Shown here in pieces: positions 28,217-37,200 of a stretch of 64,000 nucleotides of DNA (positions are counted from its first letter, which is position 1; each line of letters opens with the position of its first letter). The notes under the pieces are model-generated. The model worked only from the letters and a program-made list of their open reading frames with translations. It had not been told where the DNA came from and did not search any database. The DNA lies in NCBI GenBank assembly GCA_050258455.1, contig JBLMYT010000114.1:55995-119994 (forward strand). The letters are read 5' to 3'. A program made the position numbers and the translations under genes. The DNA comes from Candidatus Omnitrophota bacterium. GTDB taxonomy: Bacteria; Acidobacteriota; Aminicenantia; UBA2199.

Positions 28217-31200
28217 ATGGCGGTCGACATCCACACCCTCGCTCTATACAACACATGTGAGGATTATTGGCTTAAAACACTGAATGGCGTAACGCTTACC
28301 CCTATTTTTGGGGATCAAAGTAATAACGGTATTAGCACCCGCGATTCATGGCGTGTGGCATTTCCTCCCGGCCTGTCAGATTCTATTCACTCCATGGTCC
28401 GGGGGGAAGATACCAATGCTTTTTTGATTTTTCTTACAGCGTTTAATATTTTAATATATAAATATACCCACGCGGATGATATATTAATCCATACCCCGGA
28501 TTTCCGGGATGAAGAATCTAAAAATTCCGAAGATGCAATGCTTTTCTTCCGTACCCATCCGGGTGAGGATCAAATCATTCGTGATTTATTAAACCAATTC
28601 CTTTCCGAATTAAACGGGGCCTATGAAAATCATCAATTCCTTTATGAATCATTGCTCAGACGTTTTAATGATAACCAAAATGGAGACGTTAACGCCTTAT
28701 CCGCTTTTGGTTTGCGGTATAACCGATTTAATCTGGAAAGCTTGCGGATGGAAGCAAGTCATTTGTTTTTTTCAATCGAGCAACGCGATCATGGCATCGA
28801 TCTTTTGATTCACTATCATACCTGTTCCTACACCTCGGATCAAATTGCTCAATTGGCACGGCATTATATCCATATCTTGGCCTCGATGGTGTCAAATTTG
28901 GACACCCCGCTTCATGCCATCGGTATATTTTCGCCGGAGGACAAACAAAAATTAATGGAGTTTATCGGAGAAGAAATCGAGGCCCCGGAGGAGGGGAAAA
29001 CATTTTTGGCCCGATTCGAACGCCAGGTTGAAGACTCGCCCCAATCTCCCGCCTTAGCCTGCGGGCCCGTGACATTGAGTTACCGGGCGTTAAATGAAAG
29101 GGCCAATCAACTGGCCCGACGATTACGTCACGAGGCTCCCCTCGCCAACGATGATTCCGTGGCCCTGGTGATGGACCGATCCCCAAAGATGGTGGAGAGC
29201 ATTCTGGCCGTATGGAAATGCGGGGCCGCTTATATCCCCATCGATCCGTCGTATCCCCAGGAGCGAATCGACACGATTATCAACGACTCCGGCGCCAAAT
29301 TGATGATTCGTGAAACGGGTAATATTTCATTTAAAGTGGAACAAACCCTGAAACCGGCAACCAGGGTCATTTACCTGGATCAAATCGAAAATGACCGCTT
29401 ACATGAGGATAAGACCAACCTTTGCGTTCCCCGACATCCCGGGGATCTGGCTTATATTATTTATACATCAGGCTCCACGGGTAAACCCAAAGGCGTCATG
29501 ATCGAACAGCGAGGCATGATGAATCATCTTCATGCCAAGATTTCGGAAATCCAAATCGATGCGACAAGCGTGATTGCTCAAAATGCCTCACACTGTTTCG
29601 ATATCTCCGTCTGGCAATTTTTCGCTGCCCTGTTGGTCGGCGGTAAAACAATTATTTATTCTGACCAGGCCGTGTTAAACCCCACGGCGTTTACCCGACA
29701 GTTGGCTGAGGATGGGGTTAATATATTGGAGGTCGTGCCATCCTATTTGTCAGTAATATTAGATCTAATCGAAGATCAGCAGACAGGCGATGCACTCGCC
29801 GGGTGTCGCTGCTTGTTGGTCACGGGCGAAAGCGTGAAGCCCGGCCTCGTGAACCGGTGGTTCAAAACATTTCCGGGTATACGAATGGTGAATGCTTATG
29901 GCCCCACCGAAGCATCCGACGACATCACCCATTTCGTGATGGACCGGTTCCCCGGGACCGGAAATATCCCAATCGGTAAAACGCTTCGTAACTTTCGTAT
30001 TTACATCGTAAATTCGCGTATGGAGCTATGTCCCGTCGGTGTGAAAGGTGAAATTCTCGTATCGGGACTCGGCGTCGGACGGGGGTATCTGAATGACATA
30101 AAAAAGACCACGGACGCCTTTATGGAAGATCCCTTTCGGCCGGAACGGGGTTTTCGGTTGTACAAAACCGGTGATATCGGACGCTATTTACCTGACGGCA
30201 ATATCGAATTTTTTGGCAGAAAAGATTACCAGGTGAAAGTCCGGGGTTATCGAATCGAGCTCGAAGAGATCGAGAATAAATTATCCCGCCTTGACGGAAT
30301 CCGGGATGCGGCAGTCGTTGAGAAAGACAGTAAAAATAAAGGCGACGGCATGTATTTGTGCGCTTATATCACGCTGCGCGATGGCGTCCGGACACGGACG
30401 GAAGAGATTAAAACCGAATTGGCCCGGACGCTTCCCCATTACATGATCCCGGCCTTTATTGTTGTGCTCGACGCCTTGCCATTGACCCCCAACGGCAAAT
30501 TGGACCGCAAGGCATTACCGGATCCGGATGAATCCGGAATCGGGGACGTCGCGTATGTGGCGCCCCGCAATGCCATTGAAATCAAGTTGGCGGAGATATG
30601 GCGACAGGTCATCGGAGTGGAGCAGATCGGCATTCACGATAACTTTTTTGCGTTGGGAGGAAATTCATTACTGGGAATTCGGATTGTGAACAAAATTCAG
30701 GAATGGTTGCACGAAACCGTTCATGTCACCATCCTCTTTTTGGCCCCGACGATTGAGCAGTTGGCGGTGAAACTGGAGAGTTACCGGCAGGAAAAAGAGA
30801 CCCGAATCAATGAGGCGGATATCGCGGAACTTCGGTCTCTCATGCCTCCCTTGCCCCCTCTGCCTTCCCATTTGGTTCGCCCGGGTAAAACCCCTCCGGT
30901 CCTGTTCATTTTGTGTCCGCCCCGGTCCGGTTCCACGTTGTTAAGGGTTATATTGGCCGGCCATCCCGGGTTATTTGCGCCACAGGAGTTGCAATTGCTG
31001 TCCTTCAATACGCTGACGGAGCGAAAAGCGGCCCTTTCCGGGACCTACAGCCTTTACCTGGAGGGAGTGATCCGGGCCATCATGGAGATGAAGGCGATTG
31101 GTGCGGACCAGGCCAAACAGATCATGGAAGCATTTGAAGCCCAGGGGATGACGGTGCAGGAGTTTTACGGCATCCTTCAGCATTGGCTGGGGGAAACGAT

Positions 31201-34200
31201 GCTGGTAGAGAAAACCCCGCAATATGCTTACGATATCAATGTCCTGCAACGGGCGGAAGCGTATTTTGATTCCGCCCTTTACATTCATCTGGTTCGAAAC
31301 CCCTATGCGGTGATTCATTCGTACGAAAACGCGCGGTTGGACCAATTGTTTGAATATCCCCACCGTTTTTCGACTCGGGAATTGGCCGAATTGTTGTGGG
31401 TCATTTGCAACCAGAATATCTTGCAGTTCCTGGAGACAATCCCTGCCGGACGGAAATACCGGATGGAGTATGAAGAATTGGTTGGAAACCCGGAATCGGT
31501 GGTATCCCGCATGTGCGAGCACTTCGGTTTGGAATTTGACCGGGGAATGCTGGATGTATATGATGATGCCGGCCACCGGATGACGGACGGTATCTATGCC
31601 GAATCAAAGATGCTCGGAGATGTCAAATTCTTCAGCCATACGTCCATTGACACGACGTCCGTGGAGAAGTGGAAGGAGAAATATACAACCGAATTTTTGG
31701 GACAAACCGCCGTGGATTTGGCGAAATATTTTGGGTATTTGAGGGGACGCCATGAATACCCGACGATTGAACCGGCACCTGAGAAAGAGTATTATGAATT
31801 ATCGCCAGCCCAAAGACGATTATGGTTATTGGACCGGCTGGTGGAGAACCAGATTGCCTATAACATGCCGGGGGCCTATTGGGTGGAAGGGAATTTACAC
31901 ATCGATGTATTGGAAAAATCGTATGCGGCAGCAATTAAGCGACATGAAATATTGAGAACCACGTTTGTATCCGTGGAAGGCCCCCCCCGGCAAAAAATTC
32001 ACGCTTTTGAAGCGATGGGGTACCGGTTGGATTATCTGGATCTAAGAACGGATCCGGGTCGGGAAGAAACGGCAGCGTATCTGATCCGGGAAGAAGCCGC
32101 CAAACCGTTCAATCTGGAACAGGGACCTTTAATCCGGACCCGGTTGATTCATATGGATGCCAATCGGTATATATTTTTATTTAACATGCATCACATTATT
32201 TCGGATGGGTGGTCGATGCATGGATTAATGAAGGAAATCATCGCATATTATGACGCCTATGCCACGAACAGTGCGGAGTCTCTTGAGCCGTTGCGATTGC
32301 AATATAAAGATTATTCGGAGTGGATGACTCGTGAATCCACGCAGCGGGTCCTTCAACAACAGGAAAAATATTGGCTCGACCAATTTGCAGAAGACATCCC
32401 GGTCTTAAGTTTACCCACCGATTACGCGCGACCGGCAATCATGAGTTTTGAAGGACATACTGTCAACTTTGATTTTACGGCCCAGGAAACAGGGGAATTG
32501 ACCAAAGTGGCCCGGTCCGAGGGAGTTACTTTATTTATTTTATTAATTTCCATTTTCAATGTATTTTTGTCTAAAGTCAGCGGTGAGGAGGATATAATTA
32601 TCGGAACGCCCGTTGCTGGCCGGAATCATCCGGATCTGGAACACATCCTTGGGATGTTTGTCAACACATTGGCGCTGCGCAACTATCCTCGGGGAGAAAT
32701 GACCTTTATCCGGTTTCTTCATCACCTGAAAACCCTGATGTTAGAGGCCTTTGAGAATCAGGATTACCCCTTTGAAACCCTGGTTGAAAAATTGGAAATA
32801 ACGCGCGACACGAGTCGTAATCCACTCTTCGACGTCATGTTTACCATTCAGGATATTTATGAATCGGACAGGGGCTTGAATCAATTCAGCGACCTGAAAA
32901 TAAAACCCTATGCCTTCGACCATCGAATATCCAAATTTGATTTGTTACTCGCCACATTTGAAACCGATGGAAGGGTCTGTTTTGTCTTTGAGTATTGTAC
33001 GGCGTTGTTCCGGGAGGGCACCATCCAAAGATTTATTCAGTACGTGAAAGCCATTGCCCGGTCGATTATTCAAGACCCTGCGATCCGAATATCCGATATG
33101 GAGATCATAACCCCGGAGGAAAAGCGACAAATTATTTCGGATTTTAATCGTACGCAAGCTGCTTATCCATCGGATAAAACGATCGAAATGTTGTTTGAAG
33201 ACCAGGTGAAAAAAACGCCTGATTGCATTGCGGTTATCGGTTCCACGGTATCGCTCCCCAAACCCGTAGAAACGTTGTGTACAGCGTTCCTTCACCTAAC
33301 GTATAAAGAATTGAATGAACGATCCGATCGATTGGCGTATGAATTAATACAAAAAGGCGTTGAGCCGGATGCCATTGTCGGCATAAAAATCGAACGTTCC
33401 ATTCAAATGATTATCGGGATTTTTGCCATTTTGAAAGCAGGTGGCGCTTATCTTCCCATCGATCCGGATTACCCCCAGGAACGCATCGAATACATGTTAA
33501 AGGATAGCCAGGCGCATTTATTGGTAACTCATTGTTTAGGGGCAGCCCCATGCATTGGCCCGGGTGTTATTAACCCGGAACTTCCCTCCGTACCCGCTGT
33601 GTCCGCCGTGAGAGAAAAATCAAATCTTGCCTATGTCATTTACACTTCCGGTTCAACGGGAATGCCCAAAGGGGTCGTGGTCAAAAGGGAAGGATTTTTA
33701 AATTTACTCTATTGGTACATCAACGAATTTAATATAAATCCAAACGATAACGTTTTACTCATTGCATCGGTGAGTTTTGATTTGGCGCAAAAAAACGTAT
33801 TTAGTTCTTTTATGGTCGGCGGATGTTTGACTTTAGCCTCCCCTGGGCTCCCGGATTATTCAACGCTCTCGAAGCTTATCCAAAAAGCGCCAATCACCCT
33901 GATCAATTGTGCGCCCAGTGTCTTTTATCCATTGGTAGAATTTAATCGGAATTCGGGTTTTACGGATTTAAACACATTGCGATGGGTCATTCTCGGTGGT
34001 GAACCGATTTTAATCGAAAAGCTTTTACCCTGGATGGATTCCGAATCGTATCGATGTCAGATTGCCAACACGTATGGGCCGACCGAATGCACAGACATTG
34101 CCTCTTGTTACCGCATTCCCAATGAAAAAATTCGGGATTTAAAATCAATACCCATCGGAAAACCCGTTTCCAATGTAGCGGTTTATATATTGGGTAAATA

Positions 34201-37200
34201 CCGGGAGATACTCCCGGTGGGTGTGGTCGGGGAATTGTATATCGGGGGGATCGGGGTATCCCAGGGGTATTATAACAACAGGCAATTAACGGAGGAGAAA
34301 TTTTTGGAATTATCCCATTTACCGGAATCGAAAATATACCGGACCGGGGATATGGGGCGATGGTTGGACGATGGAAATATTGAGTTTTTAGGGCGAGTCG
34401 ATGATCAGGTTAAAATAAATGGCATGAGAATCGAGCTGGGAGAAATCGAGCATGTATTGTTGAGTCATAACGAGATTAAGGATGCGGTTGTTATTGTCCA
34501 TAAAAAAGAAAAGACGGATTACTATTTATGTGCCTACATCATTTCGCATAAGAATTTATCGATAGCAGATATACAGGAATATTTATCGTATCGTTTACCT
34601 CAATATATGATACCAACCCACTTTATTCAGCTCGAGCACATACCGTTAACACCCAGTGGAAAAGTAGATAAACGGTCTTTGCCTGATCCTGAAATGGGGT
34701 CTACACGGTCGTACATTGCGCCCGAAAATGCAGTGGAAAAAGAAATGGTGAAAATTTGGGCAGAAGTTCTGGGAATGGCAAAAGATCGAATCAGTATGGA
34801 TGATAATTTTTTCCAATTGGGGGGACATTCTATAAAAGCATCGTTATTGGTATCCCAAATTCGTAAAGCATTTGATGTGAATATTTCACTATCGGATATA
34901 TTCCGGATTTCCACGGTTCGGGGATTATCTCATCAAATTAAAGGATCGGTTAAGGAAAAATACCTTTCGATACCCCCTGCTGAGAAGAAAGAATACTATG
35001 AGTTATCTTCGGCACAAAGGCGCTTATACATTTTACACCAGATGGATGAAAAGGGGATCAATTACAATATTTCGTCTGTGTTTCTATTGGAAGGGGAGAT
35101 TGATAAAGATAGATTTGAGGGGACGTTTAGGCAGCTTATCGATCGGCATGAGAGTTTGCGAACATCATTTCCGATGGTCGGTAATGAACCGATGCAGCGA
35201 ATTCATGATGATGTTGAATTTGAAATTAATTATTTAGCCACAGAGTTCACAGGGGACACAGAGGGGGAAGGGAAGAAGGTAAGTGGAATAGAGAATTTTA
35301 TTAAATTTTTCGATTTATCTAAAGCGCCATTGATGCGTGTGGAATTGATGAGAGTCGACGATAACACGCATCTTCTTGCAGTGGGCATGCATCATATTAT
35401 TTCGGATGGAACTTCCATGAATATTGTGGTGCAAGATTTCATGGCGTTTTATAAGGGTGAAGAATTGCCGGAAGTACAAATTCAGTATAGGGATTTTTCA
35501 GAGTGGCAGAAACGGGAAAATCAAAAAGAATTGCGAAAGCAGCAAGAGGCGTTCTGGTTAAACGAATTTGAAGGGGAAATACCGGTATTGGATCTTCCGG
35601 CGGATTTTTTAAGGCCTTCGATTCAGAGTTTTGAAGGAAGACGGGTCCAATTTGAACTGGATAAAGAAACCACCGGATTATTGAAAGCGTTGGCGTTGGA
35701 GACTGGTGCCACTTTATATATGATGCTTTTGGCTTTATACAACGTGTTTTTATCTAAAATCTGTAATCAGGAGGATATTGTTATCGGTTCGCCGATTGCG
35801 GGGAGAAGTCATTCTGATTTAGAGAAAGTTGTCGGAATGTTTGTCAATACATTGGCCTTACGGAATTATCCGATAGGAGAAAAAGTATTTACTGATTTTT
35901 TGGAGGAAGTAAAAGGAAACATCTTAAGAGATTTTGAAAATCAGGAATATCCTTATGAAGAATTGGTGGAACGGGTGTTGGTAAACAGGGACACCGGTCG
36001 GAATCCGTTATTTGACACCATGTTTGTGTTACAGAATGCGGATATGCAATCGTTGGCGATTCCCGGACTGGTATTAACTCCTTATGAATATGAGAATCAC
36101 GTATCCAAGTTTGATTTGACATTATCCGCAATAGAAAAAGAAGATCGTTTATGTTTTACATTTGAATACAGCACGAAGCTATTTAAGCGTGAAACGATTG
36201 AGCGATTCATTTCATATTTTAAGAACATCGTTAACGGTGTTATTGAGAATAGAGCTCGAACCCTTTCGAATTTTGAGATTATTACGGAAGAAGAGAAGAA
36301 TCATCTGTTATATGATTTTAATCATACAGAGGTCGAATATACGAAAGATAAGACCATTCAACAATTATTTGAAGAGCGGGCATGCCGGGGATGGGATAGG
36401 ATTGCATTGGTCGGCGCTATTTCCGGTATAGGGGCAGCCTCAGGTGTCTGCCCTCAATTATCTTACGCTGAATTGAATGAACGATCGAATCGATTCGCCT
36501 ATGAGTTAATCCAAAAAGGCGTTGGACCCGATGTGATTGTGGGGATAAAAATCGAACGGTCTATTGAAATGATCATCGGTATTCTGGGAGTTTTGAAAGC
36601 CGGCGGCGCGTATTTACCGATTGACCCCGGTTTGCCGCAGGAACGGGTCGATTATATGTTAAATGATAGTAGAGCTAAATTTATTTTTCTCACGGAGCAC
36701 ACAGGGGACACGGGGGGGAGTGGTGTAGAAGTTGAGACGTTAAGAAGTTGGGAAGTTAAGAAAGCGGTCTTTTTAGATCCTTTTAACCTCTCAGTTTGTC
36801 CAGCGGGCGCACACACGGGTGCGCCCCTACGTAATTCCGAATCAATTTCCCTTTTAGATCAACTTAACCTCTCATCTTCTCAACCTCTTAACTTCTTCCC
36901 TTCCTCCGTGCCCCCCGTGTCCTCCGTGAGAAATCATTCAAATCTTGCTTATATCATTTACACATCCGGTTCCACCGGGAAACCTAAAGGCGTATTCATT
37001 CGCCATTCGAATATCTGTCCGTTGCTGCATTGGGGATACGAGCATTTGGCGTTGACGAGCGATGACCGTTCGGTTCAGAATTTATCCTATTATTTCGATT
37101 GGTCCGTATGGGAGATATTTATTGCATTAACGTCCGGGGCCGGTCTTCACATGGTATCCAATGAACTGATCATGGATGGGGTGAGTTATGCCGATTACAT

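Noticed and set aside
30971-31576. 201-aa minus-strand ORF antisense to NRPS 2. Similar long antisense ORFs occur elsewhere: 47104-47778 (224 aa), 55829-56776 (315 aa), 58724-59485 (253 aa), 60383-60919 (178 aa), 7801-8829 (342 aa), 6506-7342 (278 aa) and 3798-4388 (196 aa).
   Set aside because: All lie entirely inside, and antisense to, genes with strong domain evidence. They have Arg/Pro/Gly-rich low-complexity translations typical of GC-rich antisense frames, no RBS and no recognisable motifs. They are treated as spurious.
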